Shown here piece after piece: positions 31,574 to 40,468 of a DNA stretch of 64,000 bases. The notes beneath the pieces were generated by a model, which searched no databases, was not told the DNA's origin, and saw only the letters and a program-made list of their open reading frames with translations. The first letter of the stretch is position 1; every line of letters starts with the position of its first letter. The DNA is from an uncultured Bacillota bacterium (GTDB lineage Bacteria > Bacillota_I > Bacilli_A > RFN20 > CAG-449), in the NCBI GenBank assembly GCA_902493275.1, contig CABUOQ010000003.1, positions 17,278 to 81,277 of the forward strand, read 5' to 3'. The translations under genes and the position numbers were made by a program.

Positions 31574-31651
31574 ATAGATAACACTACAAGTTCAAATAAG
31601 CATTTTGCTATCACACCCGTTAGGGATAGTCTCCATATAGGAGATTTTTTT
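31574..31651 (+). ncRNA. tracrRNA: tracrRNA of the type II-A CRISPR-Cas system
   Basis: Anti-repeat TAGATAACACTAC is the reverse complement of repeat positions 9-21, followed by an imperfect TTCAAA pairing with the repeat 5' end (bulged duplex). Downstream hairpins and the terminator CTCCATATAGGAG plus T7. Confidence 0.7.
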
Positions 31652-31741
31652 ATTTTCAAATTTTTACTAAAGTTTATATTTTAGGGGCTTTATATTTGTT
31701 TTAATATATAGTATTATTTAAATATACAGGGAGTAAGAATT

Positions 31742-34700
31742 ATGGATAATTATTATATTGGATTAGATTTAGGAAGCGACTCAGTAGGATGGGCGGCTAC
31801 TGATGAAAATTATAATCTTTTAAAACTAAATCGAAAATCTGCTTTTGGGGCAAGAATTTTTTCTGCTGCAAATGGATGTGTTGAGCGAAGATCCTTTCGT
31901 TCTTCCAGAAGAAGGATGGCAAGAAGAAAATATCGAATTCATTTATTAAATGAGTTATTGTGTGAAGAAATTTCAAAAACTGATGATACATTTTTCCTTC
32001 GTTTATCAAATTCAATGTATAAATTAGAGGATAAAAAACATTTAGGAAAAAGTTTGCTTTTTAAATCAATTGATGAAGAAAAGCAATTTAATAAACTTTA
32101 CCCTACAATTTGGCATTTAAGGCAAAAGTTAATATATGATGATGAAATTGCTTTTTCAAATATAAAAAATGTTTATTTTGCACTTCATCATATCATTAAA
32201 TATCGGGGAAATTTCATAAGTGAGAATGATATTTCTAGCAAAGGGTTCAACTATGAAAGATTAAATGATTTAAATAATGTTTTAAAATCTTCTTTGGAAA
32301 ACGAAGATGATGAGCCTATATTTGATGGCGATATTATCTATGGTACTTCAGAAAATTGGAGTAAAATAGAAAGCATTCTAAGTAATAAAGAATTAAATGC
32401 TAAAAATAAGCAAAAACAATTAAAAGAATTATTTAATTATAAAAACAAAAATGATTTGATAGATTTATTTATTATTATTGTAACTGGTGGTAAGAAAAAA
32501 TTTAATGATATAGATATTTGCTTTAATGATTCATTTGACGATAAAGAAGATGAGATACAAGCTTCTCTTGGTGAACAATATGATGTTGTTTTGATTGCAA
32601 AAGAAATGTTTGATTATATTTATGTTAAAAAATTAATGGGAGAACATAAATATCTATCCGATTCCATGGTAGATTTATATGATAAGCATGCGCGGGATTT
32701 AAAACTTCTTAAATCTCTGATTAAAAAACTCGACTTAAAATTGCAATTAACTGATAAAAAAAGTAATTATTATGCAATTTTTAAAAAGAATAAAATAGAT
32801 GAAGATAATAAAAAACAACAAAATAACGAGGAAGATAAAAATAGTAATAAAAATAAAAAGGGGTTAAATAACTACCCTTCTTATGTTGGTCATAATTCAT
32901 GTGAAACTAAATGCAATATAGAAGATTTCAATGATACAATAAAAAAATTGATTATAGATAATAAACAAGCTCTTGAAGAAATTGATTTGGATACGACAAA
33001 ATATATTTTAGAACAAGTCGAAAATAAAACTTTTTTGAAGACAATTGCAAGTTATACAACAAGTGCTATACCTCATCAACTTCATGAAAATGAATTAAAA
33101 GTTATTTTAAAAAATGCTAAGAGCAGATATCCAACAATTTTTGCAAATGATTTAAATGAAAAAATTATTAAACTTTTTCTTTTTAGAGTGCCATATTACT
33201 ATGGTCCACTTAATAGTGAAAGCCCATATTCTAATTTAGAAAAGAAAGATAAATATGCTAAAGTTTATCCTTGGAATGTAAATGAAATAATTGATGATAA
33301 TAAAACAAGACAAAAGTTCATGGCTAAATTAACTAATAAATGCCAATATTTAGAAGAATGTAATGTATTACCAAAATCATCATTACTATATGAAGAATAT
33401 ATGATATTAGATCGTTTAAATACAATGATTGTTAATGGTGAAAGACTAAATCATGAATTAAAAGATAAATTATATAAAGAAATTATTTCTAAAAAGAAAA
33501 CCACGTTAGCAAATATACAAAAATTGCTATCAAAAGTTTATAATTTTAATGAAAATGAAGTAATAATAAGCGGTGTGAATTTGGATGTCGCTTTTGAAGC
33601 AGTAACACATTATACTTTGAGTAAAGAGTTTGATTTACCAAAAGATTATAAAATGCTTGAAGAGTTGATTAATTATTCAACAATTTTTGCGGATGATAAA
33701 AAAGAACTAGAGAGATTTATTAGAAGTAACTACTCTTTTCTTTCGGATGCACAAATAAAGTGTATTAAATCATTGGGTACTAAAAAATGGGCTTCATTCT
33801 CTAGAGAATTATTAGATGGCATTACTGTAGCGGATGAGTTAGGTGAAGTAAATACGATAATTGGATTTATGAGAAACCAAAGTAAAAACTTTCAAGAAGT
33901 ATTAAATGGATATGGATTTAATAAGGTAATAGATATCAAAAATCGAGAATTTAGAGGGGATAAAACTAAATCAAAAATAATAAAAGAAAAATTAGATGCT
34001 GTTCCGGCAATATTTAGAAGAACAATCAACCAAACTTTGTTAATATTAGATGATATTGTTTCGGTTGCAAAAAAGGAGCCATCGAAAATTTTTGTTGAAG
34101 TTACAAGAGAAGACTTAAAAAACAAAGATAAAATTGAGTCTAAAAAGAGAAGAAAAGAATTAGAAGAATTTTTAAAGTCTATTAAAAATGATAAAGAATA
34201 CTATTATAAGCAAGCACATGAATTGCTGGAAGAATTAAATGATGAAAGAATCTCAGATTTAAGATTAAAAGGTAAGCATTTATATTTATATTTTAAACAA
34301 TTAGGTCTAGACCTTTATAGTGGTGAAAAGATTAATATTGAAGATGTTTTAAATTCAGATAAATATGATATTGATCATATCGTTCCTCAAAAATTAATTA
34401 AAGATGATTCTTTAGATAATATGGTTTTAGTCAATAGAGAAGCTAATCAAAAAATTAAAAAAGATACATATCCTTTGCCACTTTCAATTAGAAATGAAAA
34501 AACAAAATCTATTTGGAAATATTTAGTTGAAAAAAAAGCAATTACTCAAAAAAAATATGATAATTTGGTGCGTGATACAGAGATAACAGATTCTGAATTA
34601 TCACAATTTATTAATAGGCAAATTAATAATATAAATGCATCAAATAAAGTTGTTAAGGATATTATTAATATCAAATACCCTAATACAGATGTTATTTTTT

Positions 34701-35872
34701 CTAAGGCACAATATCCTAGCTTTATAAGAAAAGAATATAGAATTGTTAAAGTAAGGGAATTAAATGATGCCCATCATGCTGTTGATGCATATTTAAACAT
34801 TGTGTCAGGCAATATCTTATATACCACTTTTTCGAATATGTCTATGATTATGGTTCGAAAAAAAATTAATGATATAAGCCAAGATGATAATAAAGAAAAA
34901 ACAGATAATATGGAAAGTGTCATTAAATATAATTTTAAAAAGAATAATCTTTTAGATCGCGTTAAGAAAACATGTTTTAGAAAAGATGCTTTAATAACAT
35001 ATAAATGTGATTTTGTTAATTCCGGATTTTATGATATGACGATATATAAAGCAGAAAATAATTTAATACCAATTCATACAAAAAAAGATAATCCGATGAA
35101 TGATGTTACAAAATATGGTGGATATAGTTCTGCAAAAAGTTCGAAATTAGCATTGATAGAATATACAAAAGGAAAGAAAGTTGTTAGAAAAATTAATGCT
35201 GTAAAACCTATTTATGAAAAAATGTATAGTAATGATGAAGATAAATTCTTAAAAATAATTGCTAATGATGATAAAGCACAAAATATTAAATTATTAAGAT
35301 ATATACCTATAAATCAGAAAATAATATATGATGGTGGATATTATTTATTATTAAATAATAATGAAACTAGAAATAAACTAAAATTGATTTATCAAAACTA
35401 TATTGATAATGATTTATTATATTATTTTACAAAAGCTAAAAAATTGATAGATATTGAAGATAATGAAGCTCATCCAGAGCAACTTGAGCAGAAAATTATA
35501 ACAAGTAGAAATGGAAAACCTTTTGTTATTTCAAAGGAAAAGAACTTAGAAGTAATGAAAGCATTATATAATAATGCATTTAATAAAGTTTATGATTCAA
35601 GTAGGACTATATTAGATTTAAGAAATGATGTAATTTTGGATATTTTTGAATCACAAACCTTATCAAAGCAACTTGAAATTATATTAGATTCGATGATTTT
35701 TATGTCAAGAAATTATAATTCAAGTGAACTATATAATACTAAAAAATACAAATGTTTTGAAAAATTGATTAAGACAAATACAAATTTAGTATCTAAAAAT
35801 ATATCAAATAATAAAATTTATCTTATTCATGATTCTCCTTCTGGGTTATATTCTTATAAGGAAAAGATTTAA
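31742..35872 (+). CDS. cas9: Cas9 endonuclease (type II-A)
   Basis: 1376 aa. RuvC-I (IGLDLGSDSVGWA). HNH (YDIDHIVPQ ... NMVLVNREANQ). RuvC-III (NDAHHAVDAYLN). Arg-rich bridge helix. Confidence 0.92.
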   Translation: MDNYYIGLDLGSDSVGWAATDENYNLLKLNRKSAFGARIFSAANGCVERRSFRSSRRRMARRKYRIHLLNELLCEEISKTDDTFFLRLSNSMYKLEDKKHLGKSLLFKSIDEEKQFNKLYPTIWHLRQKLIYDDEIAFSNIKNVYFALHHIIKYRGNFISENDISSKGFNYERLNDLNNVLKSSLENEDDEPIFDGDIIYGTSENWSKIESILSNKELNAKNKQKQLKELFNYKNKNDLIDLFIIIVTGGKKKFNDIDICFNDSFDDKEDEIQASLGEQYDVVLIAKEMFDYIYVKKLMGEHKYLSDSMVDLYDKHARDLKLLKSLIKKLDLKLQLTDKKSNYYAIFKKNKIDEDNKKQQNNEEDKNSNKNKKGLNNYPSYVGHNSCETKCNIEDFNDTIKKLIIDNKQALEEIDLDTTKYILEQVENKTFLKTIASYTTSAIPHQLHENELKVILKNAKSRYPTIFANDLNEKIIKLFLFRVPYYYGPLNSESPYSNLEKKDKYAKVYPWNVNEIIDDNKTRQKFMAKLTNKCQYLEECNVLPKSSLLYEEYMILDRLNTMIVNGERLNHELKDKLYKEIISKKKTTLANIQKLLSKVYNFNENEVIISGVNLDVAFEAVTHYTLSKEFDLPKDYKMLEELINYSTIFADDKKELERFIRSNYSFLSDAQIKCIKSLGTKKWASFSRELLDGITVADELGEVNTIIGFMRNQSKNFQEVLNGYGFNKVIDIKNREFRGDKTKSKIIKEKLDAVPAIFRRTINQTLLILDDIVSVAKKEPSKIFVEVTREDLKNKDKIESKKRRKELEEFLKSIKNDKEYYYKQAHELLEELNDERISDLRLKGKHLYLYFKQLGLDLYSGEKINIEDVLNSDKYDIDHIVPQKLIKDDSLDNMVLVNREANQKIKKDTYPLPLSIRNEKTKSIWKYLVEKKAITQKKYDNLVRDTEITDSELSQFINRQINNINASNKVVKDIINIKYPNTDVIFSKAQYPSFIRKEYRIVKVRELNDAHHAVDAYLNIVSGNILYTTFSNMSMIMVRKKINDISQDDNKEKTDNMESVIKYNFKKNNLLDRVKKTCFRKDALITYKCDFVNSGFYDMTIYKAENNLIPIHTKKDNPMNDVTKYGGYSSAKSSKLALIEYTKGKKVVRKINAVKPIYEKMYSNDEDKFLKIIANDDKAQNIKLLRYIPINQKIIYDGGYYLLLNNNETRNKLKLIYQNYIDNDLLYYFTKAKKLIDIEDNEAHPEQLEQKIITSRNGKPFVISKEKNLEVMKALYNNAFNKVYDSSRTILDLRNDVILDIFESQTLSKQLEIILDSMIFMSRNYNSSELYNTKKYKCFEKLIKTNTNLVSKNISNNKIYLIHDSPSGLYSYKEKI

Positions 35873-36732
35873 TGCCGTTTAGAACAGTCATAATTTCTTC
35901 ACATTCTAAATTAGAATATTCTTTAAATTATCTTGTTTATAAAACAATAGAAGAAACCAAAAAAATAGTATTAGATGAAATTCATACATTAATTATAGAA
36001 TCAACTATGGTTTCAATAACATCATCCTTATTAGTTGAATTGATGAATAAAAAGATAAAAGTTATTTTTTGTGATGAAAAAAAGAATCCGCATTCAGAAT
36101 TAATCCCATATTATGGTAATTCTCAAACAGTAACAAGAATTGAAGAACAAATTAATTGGTCTAAAGACATAAAAGATAGTATTTGGCAAAGAATTGTCAT
36201 TGAAAAAATTAAAAATCAAGCAAAAGTTTTATCTTTAATTGATAAAAAAGAAGCTGATAAATTATTTCAATACTCTAATGAAGTAGAAATAGGTGACATA
36301 ACAAATCGCGAAGGGCATGCGGCTAAAGTTTATTTTAATCGACTCATGGGACTTAATTTTTCTCGCGGAGGATCTGATAAAAGAAATATATATTTAAATT
36401 ATGGTTATTCTATTTTATTAGCACAAATAAATAGATGTATTGTATCTAAAGGTTATTTAACTCAACTAGGTATTCATCATAAAAATGATTTTAATCAATT
36501 TAATCTTTCGTGTGATTTTATTGAGCCTCTTAGACCGATTGTAGATAAATTATCTCTTAGTTTAAATGATGAAAACTACAAATCTGAATTAATTAATATG
36601 CTGAATACGTGCTTTATTATTAATGGCCAAAACCAATCATTGCATAATGCAATTGAAATATACTGTGCTTCTATTTTTAGAAGTTTAAATACAGGTACAA
36701 TTAATGAAATTGTATTTATTGAGATAATATGA
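35872..36732 (+). CDS. cas1: Cas1 integrase
   Basis: Colinear with S. pyogenes Cas1 (NREGHAAKVYFN, NYGYSILL, IEPLRPIVD). 1-nt overlap with cas9. Confidence 0.9.
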   Translation: MPFRTVIISSHSKLEYSLNYLVYKTIEETKKIVLDEIHTLIIESTMVSITSSLLVELMNKKIKVIFCDEKKNPHSELIPYYGNSQTVTRIEEQINWSKDIKDSIWQRIVIEKIKNQAKVLSLIDKKEADKLFQYSNEVEIGDITNREGHAAKVYFNRLMGLNFSRGGSDKRNIYLNYGYSILLAQINRCIVSKGYLTQLGIHHKNDFNQFNLSCDFIEPLRPIVDKLSLSLNDENYKSELINMLNTCFIINGQNQSLHNAIEIYCASIFRSLNTGTINEIVFIEII

Positions 36733-37049
36733 GTAACAGATTTATGAGAATTATTTTGTTTTTCGATTTACCAGCTGTAACTAAAAAAGACCATAGAGAA
36801 TATACAAGATTTATCAAACAAATAAAAAAACTTGGCTTTATAATGATGCAAGAAAGTGTTTATACAAAATTAGCCCTAAATCCTTCGGTTTCTAATTCAG
36901 CAATAAATGATATTAAAAAGAATTTGCCTCCAGAAGGAGTAGTTTCTGTATTAACAATTACAGAAAACCAATTTGCATCTATTGATTATCTAATTGGTGA
37001 AATAAAAACTGATATTATTTCAAATGAAGATGAGGTTATTAAATTATGA
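36729..37049 (+). CDS. cas2: Cas2
   Basis: MSNRFMRIILFFDLP ... GFIMMQESVY closely matches the type II Cas2 family. 4-nt overlap with cas1. Confidence 0.9.
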   Translation: MSNRFMRIILFFDLPAVTKKDHREYTRFIKQIKKLGFIMMQESVYTKLALNPSVSNSAINDIKKNLPPEGVVSVLTITENQFASIDYLIGEIKTDIISNEDEVIKL

Positions 37050-37717
37050 ATAAGATACTAGTTAATGATTTTAAAATAGAAGAAAGTGAAGATTCTTTAG
37101 ATAGTTGCTTATTAATAATTCAAAATAAGAAAAAACTATATAAAGTTTTAATGAATCTTGATAGTGATTTTGAAGATACGCCGTTTATTAAAATTATCGA
37201 TAATTCGTATAAATTATTAAAAAACAGCGACTATATTGATTATATTCCTAATTTATTACTAATAGATGTTAATACTAAAAAAAATATTAATGCTTTACTT
37301 CGGCAAATTAAAGTTGTATCATCTGGAGAAATAAAAAAAACATGTGGAAAAATTGTTGAAGAATTAATTGATTGTTTTAATAATATAAAATTTGAGTCAA
37401 CATTTAGTTTATATGAAGAAATTGAATTTGAAGATGACGATTTATTAAAGTTATTATCAATAAAAATAGAAGACAATAAATTAGATATTTTAAATAGATT
37501 AATTACATATATAAAGATAAGTTATGAATTAAGAAATATAAAAATATTTATTACTTTTAATATATATTCTTTATTAGAGGATGAGGAAATAAATTTATTA
37601 ATTAAAGAGACCAAATTATTAGGTGTTAAATTAATAAATATTGAAACAAGCGATGTTCATAAAAATAATTTTGATATAAAGAAAATATTAGATAAAGACC
37701 TTTGTTTAATAGAATAA
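37046..37717 (+). CDS. csn2: Csn2 (type II-A signature protein, short form)
   Basis: 223 aa. Located between cas2 and the array. 4-nt overlap with cas2. Confidence 0.7.
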   Translation: MNKILVNDFKIEESEDSLDSCLLIIQNKKKLYKVLMNLDSDFEDTPFIKIIDNSYKLLKNSDYIDYIPNLLLIDVNTKKNINALLRQIKVVSSGEIKKTCGKIVEELIDCFNNIKFESTFSLYEEIEFEDDDLLKLLSIKIEDNKLDILNRLITYIKISYELRNIKIFITFNIYSLLEDEEINLLIKETKLLGVKLINIETSDVHKNNFDIKKILDKDLCLIE

Positions 37718-37766
37718 TTATTCTATAATATTAATAGATGCATTGCCTTAAGCCTATTAATTTGAG
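37718..37766 (+). other. CRISPR leader (AT-rich, 49 bp)
   Basis: Lies between the csn2 stop and the first repeat. Confidence 0.5.
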
Positions 37767-38725
37767 GTTTGAGAGTAGTGTTATCTATTATTACTTTCAA
37801 ACACTTGCGGATGCGGATATTCCAAGCGACATGTTTGAGAGTAGTGTTATCTATTATTACTTTCAAACTAAACGTCAATATAAGCATTGTCCATTACAGT
37901 TTGAGAGTAGTGTTATCTATTATTACTTTCAAACTAAACGTCAATATAAGCATTATCCATAACAGTTTGAGAGTAGTGTTATCTATTATTACTTTCAAAC
38001 CTTTTTGACTTTGTGTGCTCTAAACCAGTTGTTTGAGAGTAGTGTTATCTATTATTACTTTCAAACATTTAAAAAAATTAGTGACTTCGCCAGGGTGTTT
38101 GAGAGTAGTGTTATCTATTATTACTTTCAAACTACTTATTAATTATTACTGGTTACTTTATTGTTTGAGAGTAGTGTTATCTATTATTACTTTCAAACTA
38201 CCTGCTTCAACAATCATATCAAGCCTATGTTTGAGAGTAGTGTTATCTATTATTACTTTCAAACTTGACGGATTGGAAGTAGTGGAAGATACAGGTTTGA
38301 GAGTAGTGTTATCTATTATTACTTTCAAACCAGGTATATTCGCATTGACTTAAACAAGGAGTTTGAGAGTAGTGTTATCTATTATTACTTTCAAACGAAT
38401 GTGATTGTGATTTAGTTGAATCTATTGTTTGAGAGTAGTGTTATCTATTATTACTTTCAAACTACCTGCTTCAACAATCATATCAAGCCTATGTTTGAGA
38501 GTAGTGTTATCTATTATTACTTTCAAACTTGACGGATTGGAAGTAGTGGAAGATACAGGTTTGAGAGTAGTGTTATCTATTATTACTTTCAAACCAGGTA
38601 TATTCGCATTGACTTAAACAAGGAGTTTGAGAGTAGTGTTATCTATTATTACTTTCAAACGTTTAAAAAAGTGAAAATTTTCATTTTTTGTTTGAGAGTA
38701 GTTAATATACTTATTAATGGTTATA
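37767..38725 (+). CRISPR. CRISPR array: 14 full 36-bp repeats (GTTTGAGAGTAGTGTTATCTATTATTACTTTCAAAC), 14 spacers of 29-30 bp, and a degenerate terminal repeat at 38690..38725
   Basis: Exact repeat copies at 37767, 37833, 37899, 37965, 38031, 38097, 38163, 38229, 38295, 38361, 38427, 38493, 38559 and 38625. The terminal repeat keeps only the first 13 nt. Confidence 0.95.
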
Positions 38726-38741
38726 GAAGGAGATATAATAA

Positions 38742-39038
38742 ATGAAAAAAATGAAACCGGAAGAAGTTGAATTTCATAAAGCGTTATATGAAATATCTTT
38801 AAAAAAAGCAAGAAAAGAAAATCCGGGAATAAATATTTTAGAAGAGAAAATGCCAAGATTTATGACTGATGAAACTTGGGGAAAGATTGATGAAGATGCA
38901 GGATATAACGCTATATGTCCATATAAAATTGTTGATGGAGCACCTGGTGAAGCATATAGAGAATTTAATTATTATATTATGACATTTGAAACGTTATTTG
39001 GGATAGATTTGTTAGATTATCCTGATGCAAAAAAATAG
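38742..39038 (+). CDS. Hypothetical small protein (98 aa) immediately downstream of the CRISPR array
   Basis: RBS GAAGGAGA 10 nt upstream. Followed by a terminator hairpin. Confidence 0.5.
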   Translation: MKKMKPEEVEFHKALYEISLKKARKENPGINILEEKMPRFMTDETWGKIDEDAGYNAICPYKIVDGAPGEAYREFNYYIMTFETLFGIDLLDYPDAKK

Positions 39039-39042
39039 AGAA

Positions 39043-39091
39043 AAAATAAGCGGACCTAAAAAAGTCCGCTTTTATTATGGAAAGGAGAAAT
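39043..39091 (+). repeat. Direct repeat copy 1: terminator-like hairpin AAGCGGAC-ctaaaaaa-GTCCGCTT followed by ATGGAAAGGAGA (RBS module)
   Basis: Near-identical copy at 40419..40468. Confidence 0.7.
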
Positions 39092-40093
39092 ATGAGTACT
39101 AAAATTAACAATGGCGGTAAGCAGCAACCTTATATACCAAAAGGAAATGGCGATGAATCTGGCGAATATAGAAATAATGAAACAGGAATAAACAAAGGTC
39201 AATACAACGCGCAAGTTGTAAATAATTACTATCAATATAATACAAAACCGCTCAATGTAAACACGCAGAATGAAAACGCTAAAAAAACTATCAAAGAAAA
39301 AATTAATTTTAAAGAATCGTCGCCAGAACAAAAAGATTCTTATCTTGAAAAATATGGATATAATAAGCCTGATGTTAACGACTATTTAAATAAAATAGAT
39401 ATAGAAACCAATAAAGGCTTTACCGATATGCATAGTTCGAAGGAAAGAGAAACGCAAGATATAAAATTTATTAATGATGAAATAAATAAACAAAGAGCAA
39501 GCAGAAAAATAAAATATGAAAAGAAAGCTATATTTATATTAGGGTTACTTGCTTCAGGAAAGTCTAGTGTGGCGAATCCATTAATTAATAAATTGGGTGC
39601 TTATGAAATTGATCCAGATATTTTCAAAGAAAATTATATTCCAGAATATAATGTTTATACAAAAGGTGATGGAATAGGTGTTTCAAGAGTTCATAAGGAA
39701 TCATCAGATATGGCAAAAGAAATGCAAAGACTTGTTGCAAGTAATGGAGCAAATATTGTAGTTCCAACAGTAGGTGGAAATGTTAAAAAAACAATTGAGA
39801 AAATAAGTAAATTAACAGATTTAGGATATTCTGTAGATGTGGTTCTTGCTCAGCTTCCTTTAGAAAAAGCATTGCAAAGAAATATGAGTAGATACGAACA
39901 AGGAAAAGCGAAGGGAAATGCAAGATTAGTAAGACCTGATTTAATAAATGGTCAAGAAGGAAAGCCAATAGATACTTATGAACAATTAAAAGAATCTAAT
40001 TTAATAACAAATTATGGCGCGTGGAGTACTGATGTGAATTATGGCGAAAAACCAATTTTAATTGAAAAATCAGATAATATGTTAGATTTATGA
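39092..40093 (+). CDS. P-loop kinase-like protein (zeta-toxin/AAA_33-like fold) with an N/Q-rich low-complexity N-terminal extension of about 150 aa
   Basis: Walker A ILGLLASGKSS after a low-complexity N-terminus. RBS GGAAAGGAGA upstream of the ATG at 39092 (track ORF from 39077). Confidence 0.45.
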   Translation: MSTKINNGGKQQPYIPKGNGDESGEYRNNETGINKGQYNAQVVNNYYQYNTKPLNVNTQNENAKKTIKEKINFKESSPEQKDSYLEKYGYNKPDVNDYLNKIDIETNKGFTDMHSSKERETQDIKFINDEINKQRASRKIKYEKKAIFILGLLASGKSSVANPLINKLGAYEIDPDIFKENYIPEYNVYTKGDGIGVSRVHKESSDMAKEMQRLVASNGANIVVPTVGGNVKKTIEKISKLTDLGYSVDVVLAQLPLEKALQRNMSRYEQGKAKGNARLVRPDLINGQEGKPIDTYEQLKESNLITNYGAWSTDVNYGEKPILIEKSDNMLDL

Positions 40094-40148
40094 TAAAAAT
40101 TGAAAAATCAGCATATAAATGTTATTATAAAAGAGAGGAGAAAATTAT

Positions 40149-40385
40149 ATGGAATACACTGTAACATTTGATAACAATGGTAAAAGATATAAAACATACT
40201 CAGAGTACACTAAAGAAGAATTAAAAATGCTTCCTCCTGTTCCTAAAAGAATATGGGAAAGTTTTGGTGAATATATTTACTATAATCCAAGAGCAAAAGA
40301 ATGGGATGATGATGAGAGCCCAGGATTATATTGTAGTGATTATAAACTCTATTTAAAGACTAAAGATACATTGAATAAAGATTAA
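40149..40385 (+). CDS. Hypothetical small protein (78 aa) co-transcribed with the P-loop protein
   Basis: RBS GAGAGGAGA upstream. Followed by the second hairpin copy. Confidence 0.45.
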   Translation: MEYTVTFDNNGKRYKTYSEYTKEELKMLPPVPKRIWESFGEYIYYNPRAKEWDDDESPGLYCSDYKLYLKTKDTLNKD

Positions 40386-40418
40386 TTTGAAGTCATAGCT
40401 ATATTTTAGATGCTATCA

Positions 40419-40468
40419 CATATAAGCGGACCTAAAAAGTCCGCTTTTCTAATGGGAAAGGAGAGAAA
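40419..40468 (+). repeat. Direct repeat copy 2: hairpin AAGCGGAC-ctaaaaa-GTCCGCTT followed by ATGGGAAAGGAGAGAAAAT
   Basis: About 45-bp identity with 39043..39091 (3-4 mismatches). Followed by a start-less ORF remnant. Confidence 0.7.

Noticed and set aside
37738-38617. Four track ORFs (37738..37962, 37769..38008, 38033..38353, 38429..38617) with repetitive translations such as RVVLSIITFK
   Set aside because: They are artefacts of translating the CRISPR repeat-spacer array. The periodic identical peptides come from the 36-bp repeat.
38614-39331. Minus-strand ORFs 38614..38856 and 39056..39331, which overlap the terminal repeat, the 98-aa gene and the start of the P-loop gene
   Set aside because: They are antisense to better-supported plus-strand genes that have RBSs and terminators. 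Their sequence is hydrophobic and low-complexity, typical of AT-rich antisense frames.
39092-40093. Calling the P-loop protein a bona fide epsilon/zeta (PezAT) toxin, with the 98-aa upstream gene as its antitoxin
   Set aside because: Only the Walker A context supports a zeta-like kinase. The 98-aa protein is separated from it by a terminator hairpin and is not obviously helical like an epsilon antitoxin. I kept this as a hypothesis in the findings, not as an annotation.
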